Virus record (IMG/VR): IMGVR_UViG_3300044295_000092
Location: 2,019 to 66,018 of that record
Direction: 5' to 3' (one strand)
DNA: 64,000 nt
Source: a virus
Lineage: Duplodnaviria > Caudoviricetes
Positions 8,951-18,600 of this stretch are shown in pieces (positions within the stretch are counted from its first letter, which is position 1; every line of letters starts with the position of its first letter). Below the pieces are notes generated by a model. It searched no databases. It saw only the letters and a list, made by a program, of their open reading frames with translations, and had not been told where the DNA came from. The position numbers and the translations under genes are program-made.

Positions 8951-9433
8951 ATGTCAAGAACTACTTTTTCGGGCCCAGTCCGTGCCGGTACTAACCGTTA
9001 TGCTCCATATCAAAACGTAGGTACTGCTGTTACAACTCAACAAGTTGCTTTTACTTACGATGCAACTCTTACACAAAACGCAACATTTTATATCCCAGCA
9101 GGTTGCAGAATTATCAATATTTTTGTTGATGTTATTACTGGTTATAACTCAGCTACATCAGCTACTTTAACTATTGGTAAAACTTCTGGTGGTACAGAAT
9201 ACGCTTCAGGCGTTAATGCTAAAACAACAGGCCGTACAACACCTACATTTACAACTACACAATTAACTAATATGCAATCAACTCCAATTGATGTTGCAGC
9301 TGCTAATAGCCAACAAGCATGTTCAGCTATCGTAGTTACAGTTACATCAGTAGGTCAACCAACTGCAGGTACAGGTTTTGTTACTGTGCAATACGCTCAA
9401 TCAGATGATCGTTCAGCATTTGGCCAACAATAA
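8951..9433 (+). CDS. Putative virion structural protein (beta-rich)
   Basis: T/A/G/S-rich 160-aa ORF after the capsid genes, N-terminus MSRTTFSGPV. Confidence 0.6.
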   Translation: MSRTTFSGPVRAGTNRYAPYQNVGTAVTTQQVAFTYDATLTQNATFYIPAGCRIINIFVDVITGYNSATSATLTIGKTSGGTEYASGVNAKTTGRTTPTFTTTQLTNMQSTPIDVAAANSQQACSAIVVTVTSVGQPTAGTGFVTVQYAQSDDRSAFGQQ

Positions 9434-9441
9434 TTAATCAT

Positions 9442-9461
9442 GGGGGGCGCTTAGCCCCCTT
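9442..9461 (+). terminator. GC hairpin, possible weak terminator
   Basis: GGGGG-cgcttag-CCCCC followed by only a short T/A tail. Confidence 0.4.
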
Positions 9462-9484
9462 ATAAAAATTTAAGGAGATTAATT

Positions 9485-9778
9485 ATGACAATGCAATATG
9501 ATGTAAGAAGTATTCACACTGGTGGAACGCAAACAAATCAAGCTCTTGTTTCAGGTAGAGTTCGTATTAAATCAGTTATTATTACTGGCGGTGCTACTGC
9601 TGGTATGGCTAGATTTTTAGATGCATCAGGCGGTAATATACTTCTAGAACTTGATACAGGTTCAAATTCTAATATGACTAACGTAATTTTACCAGGTGAA
9701 GGTATTTTATTCCCTAATGGTATTTGGTATACGTCTGTTGCTACTGCACCTATTGGAATTACAGTAATTTATGGCTAG
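9485..9778 (+). CDS. Small beta-rich virion-region protein
   Basis: 97 aa, SD TAAGGAG. Confidence 0.65.
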   Translation: MTMQYDVRSIHTGGTQTNQALVSGRVRIKSVIITGGATAGMARFLDASGGNILLELDTGSNSNMTNVILPGEGILFPNGIWYTSVATAPIGITVIYG

Positions 9779-10034
9779 TAAGAAAAAAGGTCCCTCATTA
9801 GCAGTCGGACGTGGTGAGAAGCTCCCTGTGTCTAAAGGCGCAGGTCTTACCGCTAAAGGCAGGGCCAAGTATAATGCTGCTACAGGATCACATTTAAAAG
9901 CACCTCAACCACAAGGTGGACCGCGTAAACGTTCATTTTGTGCTCGTATGTCTGGTATGCCAGGTCCTATGAAGGATGAAAAAGGTAGACCCACACGTAA
10001 GGCTGCTTCATTAAAACGATGGGGGTGCAAATGA
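9771..10034 (+). CDS. Small basic protein (RxSFCARM...SLxRWxC type)
   Basis: K/R/G-rich 87-aa ORF overlapping both neighbours. Confidence 0.7.
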   Translation: MASKKKGPSLAVGRGEKLPVSKGAGLTAKGRAKYNAATGSHLKAPQPQGGPRKRSFCARMSGMPGPMKDEKGRPTRKAASLKRWGCK

Positions 10035-10249
10035 GTACAGAAAGAGAATTAGCTGAACATGGCATCGAAATTAAACATATTCAAGCGGATGTAGATACTA
10101 TTATGGAAGATATGGAACAATTAAAAGCTAGACTTGATAATATTGAAAAAACGCTAGAAGAAATTAAAGGCGGTTGGAAAGTGTTTATTGCGATTGCTAC
10201 TGCAGGATCTATGTTTATTAGTTGGATCGTTAATCACTGGTTAAAATAA
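10031..10249 (+). CDS. Coiled-coil protein with a single C-terminal TM helix (holin/XhlA-like architecture)
   Basis: Heptad pattern followed by hydrophobic 'WKVFIAIATAGSMFISWIV'; ATGA overlap with the previous stop. Confidence 0.6.
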   Translation: MSTERELAEHGIEIKHIQADVDTIMEDMEQLKARLDNIEKTLEEIKGGWKVFIAIATAGSMFISWIVNHWLK

Positions 10250-10250
10250 T

Positions 10251-10427
10251 ATGAAAGCATTTATTGAAAGGGTATTTATGGCTAAAAGAAATAAAGAAGA
10301 GTCTGTACAAGATCAGGCTACAGAAGCCGTAGTAGAAGCTATTGTAGAAACTAAATCTAAATCAGATAAACATAAAGATGATTGTCAATGTAGTACATGT
10401 TTAGAATGTTTAGAGTGGAGAAAATAA
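10251..10427 (+). CDS. Small Cys-cluster protein (58 aa, ends HKDDCQCSTCLECLEWRK)
   Basis: Hand translation; exactly fills the gap between 10249 and 10429. Confidence 0.6.
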   Translation: MKAFIERVFMAKRNKEESVQDQATEAVVEAIVETKSKSDKHKDDCQCSTCLECLEWRK

Positions 10428-10428
10428 T

Positions 10429-10812
10429 ATGCCAAGCGTATCCAAAAAACAACACAATTTAATGGCAGCCGTAGCTAATAATCCTGCGTTTGCTAAAAAG
10501 GTCGGTATTAAAAAATCAATCGGTGAGGAGTTTCTCCAAGCTGATAAAGGTAAAAAATTTAAAGGAGGCGGTATGGCTAAATCAGATTTAAAAGAAGATA
10601 CAAAGATGGACAAAGCTCAAGACAAAGCTATGATCAAAAAAGCATTTAAACAACATGATGCTCAAGAACATAAGGGTGGCAAAGGTACTAAATTAGCTCT
10701 TAAAAAAGGCGGTTGTGCAAAAATGTGTGGTGGTGGTATGTCTAAAGCTAAAAAATATGCACGTGGTGGTGGTATTGAAGTACGTGGTAAAACTAAAGGA
10801 AAGATTATTTAA
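10429..10812 (+). CDS. Small K/G-rich basic protein (putative internal head protein)
   Basis: Repeated xxGG motifs, C-terminal RGKTKGKII. Confidence 0.7.
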   Translation: MPSVSKKQHNLMAAVANNPAFAKKVGIKKSIGEEFLQADKGKKFKGGGMAKSDLKEDTKMDKAQDKAMIKKAFKQHDAQEHKGGKGTKLALKKGGCAKMCGGGMSKAKKYARGGGIEVRGKTKGKII

Positions 10813-10814
10813 TC

Positions 10815-11201
10815 ATGGCTGATAAAGATCTCAAACCTAGCGATATGTATCAAAAGGAATTAAAAGAGTTGTATGAAACAGGTACAACTCAAAGACAAAT
10901 AGATGCTGCTAAAGCAAAAAACAAAGAACTTGCAGACCAATTAATGCAGCAAGGTATTGACCTTGCAGGTCCAAAAGATAAAGTACGTCCTGTACAAATG
11001 CCTGAATTAAAAACAAAAGATACAGGTGATAAAAATAAATTTGATATTAAAGGTACTCTTCCTAAAGGCTATGAAAATGCTAAACCTGTTAAAAAAGGTG
11101 GCATGATTAAGAAAATGAAAAAAGGTGGATCAGTAGGATCAGCTTCTAAACGTGCTGATGGATGTGCTACAAAAGGTAAAACAAAAGGACGTATAATCTA
11201 A
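10815..11201 (+). CDS. Small K/G-rich basic protein
   Basis: KKGG repeats, C-terminal RADGCATKGKTKGRII. Confidence 0.7.
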   Translation: MADKDLKPSDMYQKELKELYETGTTQRQIDAAKAKNKELADQLMQQGIDLAGPKDKVRPVQMPELKTKDTGDKNKFDIKGTLPKGYENAKPVKKGGMIKKMKKGGSVGSASKRADGCATKGKTKGRII

Positions 11202-11497
11202 TGAGATCTTCACGTGGTATGGGAGCTATTATGAAATCTAAAATACCTGGTGCTATGCCAGATAAGATGCCTAAAGGCAAAGTAAAAGCACGTCGTGATA
11301 ACACAGACTTTACTCAGTATAAAGAAGGTGGAAGTGTTAATGCTGCGGGTAATTACACAAAACCTAGTCTACGTAAAAGAATTGTAGCTCAAGTAAAAGC
11401 AGCTGCAACACATGGTACAGGTGCTGGTCAATGGTCAGCTCGTAAAGCACAACTCGTTGCAAAGAAATATAAAGCTGCAGGTGGCGGTTATAAGTGA
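11201..11497 (+). CDS. Small basic protein (GQWSARKAQL motif)
   Basis: Translationally coupled 98-aa ORF. Confidence 0.7.
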   Translation: MRSSRGMGAIMKSKIPGAMPDKMPKGKVKARRDNTDFTQYKEGGSVNAAGNYTKPSLRKRIVAQVKAAATHGTGAGQWSARKAQLVAKKYKAAGGGYK

Positions 11498-11745
11498 GTG
11501 CCTTAGCTAAATCTCAACGTTCACTCAAATCATGGGGTGATCAAAAGTGGAGAACTAAGTCTGGTAAAAAGTCTAGTGAGACAGGTGAAAGATATTTACC
11601 AGAAAAAGCTATTAAAGCTTTAAGTCCACAAGAATACGCTGCAACAACAAAAGCTAAAAGGGCAGGTAAAGCTAAAGGTAAACAATTTGTAGCTCAACCT
11701 AAGTCTATTAAACAAAAAGTAAAACCATATAGAAAGATTAAATAA
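11494..11745 (+). CDS. Small basic protein (W.T..GK.S..TGERYLP motif)
   Basis: GTGA overlap, 83 aa. Confidence 0.7.
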   Translation: MSALAKSQRSLKSWGDQKWRTKSGKKSSETGERYLPEKAIKALSPQEYAATTKAKRAGKAKGKQFVAQPKSIKQKVKPYRKIK

Positions 11746-12683
11746 TGGTAGATAGAACCTCAGGAACAGTAACTTTTAATTTAGATTTAAATAATCTAGT
11801 TGAAGATGCGTTTGAGCGTTGTGGCCAAGAACTACGTACTGGATACGACTTAAGAACTGCACGTCGTTCACTTAATATTATGACAGCTGAATGGGCTAAT
11901 CGTGGTATTAACATGTGGACTTTAGAACCTGGTCAAGTGACATTAAACCAAGGTCAGATTATGTATCCATTACCTGTTGATACAATTGATTTATTAGATA
12001 TGGTTACACGCACAGGTTCAGGTTCAACACAACAAGATATTAATATTAACCGTATTTCTGAATCTACATACATAACAATACCTAATAAAAATGCTACAGG
12101 ACGTCCAATACAAGTTTGGATTAATAGACAAAGTGGTCAAGAGAACCCTACTACAATAACTTTAAATGAGACTTTAACTGCAACAAATACAACTGCAGAC
12201 GATATTATTACACTATCAAGTACAGTAGGTTTAGCACAGTTTGGTTTTATTAAAATTGGCGATGAAACAATTCAATATGGTGGTGTAAGTGGAAATACAA
12301 TTACAGGATGTATTAGAGCTGTTAATAATACAACAATCGCAGCTCATGCAATAGGTGATAAAGTCTACGTACAAAATTTACCTACAATTAATGTATGGCC
12401 TGCTCCTGATCAAAGTAATTTTTATACATTTGTATATTACAGATTAAGACGCATTCAAGATGCAGGGAACGGCGTGACCGTAGAAGATATTCCATTTAGA
12501 TTTATTCCTGCTATGGTTGCAGGATTAGCTTATTATTTAAGTTTAAAATTACCAGGTGCTGAACCTAGAATCACTATGTTAAAACAAGCATATGATGAAT
12601 CATTTCAGTTAGCAGCTGACGAGGACAGAGAAAAAGCTCCAGTACGATTTGTACCAAGAGATATGTTCTATTATAGGAACTAA
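11745..12683 (+). CDS. Putative head-tail adaptor/completion protein with inserted beta domain
   Basis: N-terminal 'ARRSLN.M..EWAN' helices, 'VWPAPD', C-terminal 'LAYYL' helices. Confidence 0.55.
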   Translation: MVDRTSGTVTFNLDLNNLVEDAFERCGQELRTGYDLRTARRSLNIMTAEWANRGINMWTLEPGQVTLNQGQIMYPLPVDTIDLLDMVTRTGSGSTQQDININRISESTYITIPNKNATGRPIQVWINRQSGQENPTTITLNETLTATNTTADDIITLSSTVGLAQFGFIKIGDETIQYGGVSGNTITGCIRAVNNTTIAAHAIGDKVYVQNLPTINVWPAPDQSNFYTFVYYRLRRIQDAGNGVTVEDIPFRFIPAMVAGLAYYLSLKLPGAEPRITMLKQAYDESFQLAADEDREKAPVRFVPRDMFYYRN

Positions 12684-12685
12684 AA

Positions 12686-13117
12686 ATGCCTAGTAAATAT
12701 TCAAGTGGCAAGAATGCGATTGCCCAATGTGATCGATGTAATTTTAGGTATAAGCTATCTCAGTTAAAACGATTGGTTATTAAGACCAAAAATGTTAATA
12801 TACTTGTATGTAAAACTTGCTGGGAACCAGATCAACCGCAGTTACAACTTGGTATGTATCCAGTAAGTGATCCGCAAGCAGTAAGAGATCCAAGACCTGA
12901 TAGTCCTAGTTATTATCAATCAGGATTAGATGGATTACAAGTAGAAGCAGGTACAGGTGTATCACCAGAGCAAACAGGTGTACCATTATTAGGTAGTAGA
13001 ATTATACAGTGGGGATGGAAACCTGTAGGTGGAGCAAGTTATTTTGATGCTGCATTAACACCAAATGATTTAGTAGCACAAGGTAATGTAAGTAGTGTAA
13101 CAGTAACAATAACTTAA
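12686..13117 (+). CDS. Zn-ribbon (CxxC...CxxC) protein
   Basis: CDRC...CKTC followed by EPDQPQL. Confidence 0.65.
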   Translation: MPSKYSSGKNAIAQCDRCNFRYKLSQLKRLVIKTKNVNILVCKTCWEPDQPQLQLGMYPVSDPQAVRDPRPDSPSYYQSGLDGLQVEAGTGVSPEQTGVPLLGSRIIQWGWKPVGGASYFDAALTPNDLVAQGNVSSVTVTIT

Positions 13118-13128
13118 GGAGAAGTAAA

Positions 13129-13323
13129 ATGGCATATAAATCAGCAGCTGATGGTATTACTAAAAAAGGTAAGACTAAAGGTCGTAATTTAGGTGATGAT
13201 GGCGCTAAAGTAGGCATTGAAAAAGGACCAAAACATGCTGGTTCTAAAGGTGGTAAAACTAATGCTGACATGAAATCTATGGGTCGTAACCTAGCTAAAA
13301 TTGCAGCACAGAAAAAAGGATAA
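13129..13323 (+). CDS. Small K/G-rich basic protein
   Basis: SD TAAGGAG; ADGITKKGKTKGR motif shared with the 10815 ORF. Confidence 0.7.
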   Translation: MAYKSAADGITKKGKTKGRNLGDDGAKVGIEKGPKHAGSKGGKTNADMKSMGRNLAKIAAQKKG

Positions 13324-13328
13324 TAAAT

Positions 13329-13550
13329 ATGGCAGAATATAAACAACCAGTAAATGTGCCTAATGCAAACATCTTCTACAACGAAGATCCAAATACATTA
13401 AAAGCACAAGACCTTAATAAAGGTACAGGTAGACAAAGAGTTAGTGCTGGTGATCCAGGTTCTAAATCTATGAATAGACATGGCGAAACACAAATTCGTG
13501 GATGTGGTGCAGCTACTAAGGGTACTAAAGCTCGTGGCCCTATGGCATAA
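13329..13550 (+). CDS. Small basic protein
   Basis: C-terminal RGCGAATKGTKARGPMA motif. Confidence 0.7.
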   Translation: MAEYKQPVNVPNANIFYNEDPNTLKAQDLNKGTGRQRVSAGDPGSKSMNRHGETQIRGCGAATKGTKARGPMA

Positions 13551-13553
13551 TAA

Positions 13554-14198
13554 ATGAACTATACCCAGCTAGTTAACGAAATACAGAGTTATACCGAAAA
13601 TCAGTTTACTACAACTGATATTAATACTTTTATAACTCAAGCAGAACAACGCATTTATAATAGTGTGCAGTTGCCTGCGCTTCGTAAAAATGTAACAGGT
13701 ACTACAACAACTGGGAATAAATATTTAACTATACCAAGTAATTGGCTTTCTACATTTAGTTTGGCAGTTATTAATGCAGATAATGAATATTTATATCTTC
13801 TAAATAAAGACGTAAACTTTATAAGACAATCGTTTCCAGATACGGATTCTGATTTTTATGGTCAACCTCAGTATTATGCAGTATTTGACCAAAATACATT
13901 TATATTAGGCCCTACACCAGATCAAAATTATGAAGTTGAATTACATTACTTTTACTATCCAGAATCAATTACAACTGTATCTGGTGGTCAAACTTGGTTA
14001 GGTGATAATTTTAGTTCAGTGCTTTTATATGGTTCACTACTAGAAGCTTATACCTACATGAAGGGTGAGGCTGATGTTATGCAAGAATATCAAAAACGAT
14101 ACGATGATGCAGTTACATTATTATTACAACTAGGTGATGGCAAAAATAGACAAGATGCGTATCGTTCTGGTCAAGTTAGGATTCCAGTTAGAGTATGA
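13554..14198 (+). CDS. Putative tail adaptor (tubular protein A-like)
   Basis: 'FITQAEQRI', 'GxPxYY', 'GPTPD..Y.VEL.Y', 'LLYGSL.EA' pattern of phage adaptor proteins. Confidence 0.6.
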   Translation: MNYTQLVNEIQSYTENQFTTTDINTFITQAEQRIYNSVQLPALRKNVTGTTTTGNKYLTIPSNWLSTFSLAVINADNEYLYLLNKDVNFIRQSFPDTDSDFYGQPQYYAVFDQNTFILGPTPDQNYEVELHYFYYPESITTVSGGQTWLGDNFSSVLLYGSLLEAYTYMKGEADVMQEYQKRYDDAVTLLLQLGDGKNRQDAYRSGQVRIPVRV

Positions 14199-14620
14199 TT
14201 TTAGGTCAAGCACAAACAACTACTTTTAAACTTAATCTATTAAAAGGGTTAGAGAATTTTTACACAGGTTCTCCTTATACATATAAAATTGCTTTGTATA
14301 ATGCATCAGCTACTATAGATAGTACTACAACTGCTTATACAACAGATAACGAAATTACAGGTACTGGCTACACTGCTGGGGGTAACGTATTAACTCCTAC
14401 AATAGGTAGTGATACTAGTAATAATACGGCTTATGTTACATTTGCTAATGTTACTTGGAGTCCTGCAAGCTTTACGGCAGCGGGTGCTTTAATATATAAT
14501 AGCACTACTAATGCATCAGTCGCTGTATTAAATTTTGGTGGGGAAAAGGTAGCCACTACATCATTTACAATAGAGTTTCCTGCAGCAACCTCGACCACTG
14601 CAGTAATAAGAATTAATTAA
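14195..14620 (+). CDS. Tail-associated structural protein
   Basis: 'YKIALY...NEITGTGYTAGG..L' beta-rich pattern. Confidence 0.6.
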   Translation: MILGQAQTTTFKLNLLKGLENFYTGSPYTYKIALYNASATIDSTTTAYTTDNEITGTGYTAGGNVLTPTIGSDTSNNTAYVTFANVTWSPASFTAAGALIYNSTTNASVAVLNFGGEKVATTSFTIEFPAATSTTAVIRIN

Positions 14621-14630
14621 GGAGAATTAT

Positions 14631-15395
14631 ATGATTCAAGAACGAAACGGCTTTGGTGATAATGCCTTTGCCTCATTAAATACAAGCGTAGCATCCAAAG
14701 ACAACGTTGGTCTTGAAGGATATTACCACGTAGTATGCCGAGATAAAGACGGTAAACTAAAATGGGAAGAATACGTTGAAAACCAAGTAGTACAAGCTGG
14801 TAAGAACTTAATGTTCACTCAGTTATTAGGTACTTCTATTGCAGTAGTAGGTCCATACTTAGGTATTATTGGTGTTACAGGTACATCTGTTAGTGCAGGT
14901 TCTTTTGTAGTAGGTGCGACTTACTCAATTACTTCTGTAGGTACAACTTCATTTACATCAATTGGCGCTTCAGCTAATACAGTAGGTGTAGTATTTACTG
15001 CTACAGGTGTAGGTACAGGTACAGGTACTGCAACACTCATTGGTACTTTCTCACCAACAGATACAATGGCATCACATGCTGGTTGGACAGAATTTACTGC
15101 TTATACAGTAGGTGGTTCAGCAGTTCGTGGTACTGCAGTATTTTCAGTAGCTAACGGTGGACAAACTACTCCAGGTACTAACGTAGTAACAGCATCAGCT
15201 ACATCTATTACTTATACAATTACAGGTGTAGGTGGTAACGTAGGTGGATGTTTCTTAGTTACAGGTACAGGTGCTGTAAATACACAAAGTTCAACAGCAG
15301 GTACATTATATAGTGCAGGCGCATTTAGCTCTATTAAATCTACAACCGCTGGTGATACAGTAGCAGTTACATACTCAACAACAGCAACATCATAA
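14631..15395 (+). CDS. Tail-associated structural protein with inserted ~45-aa module
   Basis: G/T/S-rich; the module is shared with ORF 22424-23422. Confidence 0.6.
   Translation: MIQERNGFGDNAFASLNTSVASKDNVGLEGYYHVVCRDKDGKLKWEEYVENQVVQAGKNLMFTQLLGTSIAVVGPYLGIIGVTGTSVSAGSFVVGATYSITSVGTTSFTSIGASANTVGVVFTATGVGTGTGTATLIGTFSPTDTMASHAGWTEFTAYTVGGSAVRGTAVFSVANGGQTTPGTNVVTASATSITYTITGVGGNVGGCFLVTGTGAVNTQSSTAGTLYSAGAFSSIKSTTAGDTVAVTYSTTATS
14932..14968 (+). repeat. 37-bp exact direct repeat, copy 1 (copy 2 at 23220-23256)
   Basis: CTTCTGTAGGTACAACTTCATTTACATCAATTGGCGC is identical at both loci. Confidence 0.9.
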
Positions 15396-15452
15396 TAAGT
15401 AATTAGGCCTATAGTAATTGTATTATGGGCCTAGCCTTAAACTTACTTAACC

Positions 15453-15683
15453 ATGAAAAGCGCTGTTGTCAACAGAGAAACGACTGTAGTTGAAAACATT
15501 ATTTTGGCTGATCCTACTGATCCATGGCCATTTCCTAGCACATTCTTAGTTTTAGTTCCAGACGATCTTCCAGTTATTATAGGTTATACTTATATCGATC
15601 CAGATTTTTATAATATGGACGGTAATATTGTTACGCCTATAGTTCAAGAAGTAATACAAGGAGATCTAATAAATGGCAGCTAG
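15453..15683 (+). CDS. Small acidic tail-fibre-associated protein
   Basis: 76 aa 'V.NII.AD...IG.TY....F' pattern immediately upstream of the giant fibre. Confidence 0.55.
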   Translation: MKSAVVNRETTVVENIILADPTDPWPFPSTFLVLVPDDLPVIIGYTYIDPDFYNMDGNIVTPIVQEVIQGDLINGS

Positions 15684-18600
15684 ATTCTGGGTAGGTGGAG
15701 CAGGTACATGGGATGGATCTACAACTACAAACTGGTCAGCAACTTCTGGTGGTGCCGGTGGAGCTTCTGCTCCTACATCTGCAGACGATGTAACATTTGA
15801 TGCTAGCTCAGGCACTGGCATAGTTACAACTGCAGCAACTGCTGCTGCAAACTCAGTTACATATAACTCAAGCACACTCACAAGTTTAACATTGGGTGCG
15901 GCATTAAATATTAGTGCATCTACTTCTGGTGCATTTACTTTAACTGCTGGTACTATTAATTTAGCTACTTTTACTTTAACGGTTAAATCATTTTCATCTA
16001 GTAACTCTAATACTCGCGCTATTCAGTTTGGTACAGGTAATATCACAACAACAGGTTCAGGTACTGCATGGTCCACTTTAACTGCAACTAATTTAACCTA
16101 TACTGGCACTCCAACGGTTAATATATCTAATAATTCAGCAACAGCAACTACAGTAAACGCACATAGTACAGGCGGTACAGAAGCTAATGCATTTAATTTT
16201 AATTTTACAGTTGGTTCATATGGCCTTACTGTAAATACTGGATCTGTGTTTAAATCACTAGCATTTACAGGAGGAACCATAACTTGGAGTTCTATTAATC
16301 CATATACCTTTTATGGAAACTTAACATTATTAGCAGGGATGACATTTAGTTCTGGAAATACTTTTACATTTGCTGCAACTTCTGGTACTCAAACTATTAC
16401 ATCAGCTGGTAAATCTTTATTTGCAATAACACAAAATGGCGTAGGAGGTACAGTATCTTTAGCTGATGCTTTAACATTAAATAATAGCGGAGCTTATACA
16501 CTTACTAATGGTACATTTAATACTAATAATCAATCAGTAACTTTAGGAATTTTTTCATCTAGTAACTCTAATACTCGTGCTCTTAATTTAGGGTCAAGTA
16601 CAATTACTCTACTTAATAATGCAACACCATGGAATATAAATACTTCTACAGGTATGACACTTACTCGTGGAACAAGTACTATAACTATGACTGGGGCAGG
16701 TGGTACTTTTAATGGTGGTGGTCTTACATATTATAATTTAACTTATGGACCTAACGGTACACAATATACTATAACTGGATCAAATACATTTAACAATTTA
16801 ACTTTAAATTATTATAACGCTGGTTCAAATGTTGCTGTATATGGTTTTACATCTGGAACAACTACTACAGTTCAAGGTACACTTAGCTCTAATGGGCTAG
16901 CTGTTAATCAAAGAATAGCAATTAGATGTACTTCGGATATTAATTTACTTACAGCTACTATTTCTGCAGCAACAGTTTCTTTATCTAATACTGATTTTGG
17001 GTTTATTACTGCCGCTGGATCTATACCATGGACAGGTACAAGTTTAGGAAATAGTGGTGGTAATACAAATATAACTTTTGCTCCAAAGACAGTATATTGG
17101 AGTTTACTTGCTGGAGGTAATTTTTCTTCTAATGCATGGGCAACATCTTCTGGCGGAGTTCCATCTACTGCAAATATGCCTATACCTGGGGATACTGCAA
17201 TTATTGATAATACAGGGCTTACAACAGGAAATACAATTACTTTAGATACTACTTATGCTGTAGTTGTAAATACTTTGCCCAGTATAAATATAACTCGCAC
17301 AAACGCATCTACTTTTAATTTTGCTAATACTACTAATCTTGCATTTGCTCTTGCAGGATTATCTATATCATCAGCTACGACATGTACAAATACTGGAGGA
17401 GGATCATTAACATTTTATGGCACAGCAGCTATTCCTGCTACTTTAAGTGGTACAGTACCAAACATATTAACGTTTGAAAATTATATTACTTTAACTGGCA
17501 ATTCAAATGCTACTGGCGGTGTAAGTCAGTTTGGCAATAATAATGGAGGAACATTTAATCTTAATAATTTTACATTTACTTGCGCTACATTTGCATCTAC
17601 TAATTCTTTTACTAGAACTATAGCCTTTGGTACAGGAAATATTACTATTACAGGTACAGGAGCTACTGTATTTAACACTGCTACCGCAACAGGACTTAGT
17701 TATACTGGTACTCCAACGGTTAATATAACTGGTAGTAGTGTAACTGTAACCTCAGGTACTACAGGAGGAGCATCTACCAATGCATTTAATTTTAATATAT
17801 CTTCTATTACTGCAATAACAATATCTAATAATTCTGTATTAGGGGCTTTAAACTTTACTGGAGCTACAGGTACTTTTGCACCTGGTACTAATACATACAC
17901 ATTTTATGGGTCCGTAACGCTAGTATCAGGTATGACTTATACTACAGGTTCAGGTCAATGGACATTTGCAGGGAATACAGGTACTCAAGTTATTACATCA
18001 GGTGGTAAAACACTTGGACCAATAACTATTAATAATACAGGTACTTCAGTTCAATTTGGCGATAATATTACTGCTAATAGTACTATAACGTTTACTACAG
18101 GCACTTTAGATATTAATAGTAAAACTAATACTGGTTTTACAACAGCTACTTTTGCAACAGGTCCTACAACAATTCAAAATGGAACTTTAAATACTACATC
18201 AATAACTCATACATCAGGTACATTAAATTTAAGTGCTACAGGTCCTGGTAATATTGCATCAACAGGTACATATACATTTACGGCCGGCGCGTTAAATCTT
18301 TTAGGTAATCAAACAGTATCTGTATCAACTTTATCTTCTGCCAATGCTAATACAAAATCAATAGCTTTTGGTACAGGTAATATTACTACTACCGGAACAG
18401 GTACAGCAGTTACATTTACTGGAACAGCGTTTACTTATACAGGTACACCTACAATTAATGTATCTTATAGTGGTGCATCATCTCTTACAGTTACAACATC
18501 TACATTTACTGAATCTAATGCTATTAATTTTAATCTTACTGCAGGGTCTTATGTATTAACTGTAACTTCTGCCTCTGTATTTAAAAGTTTAAATTTAACT

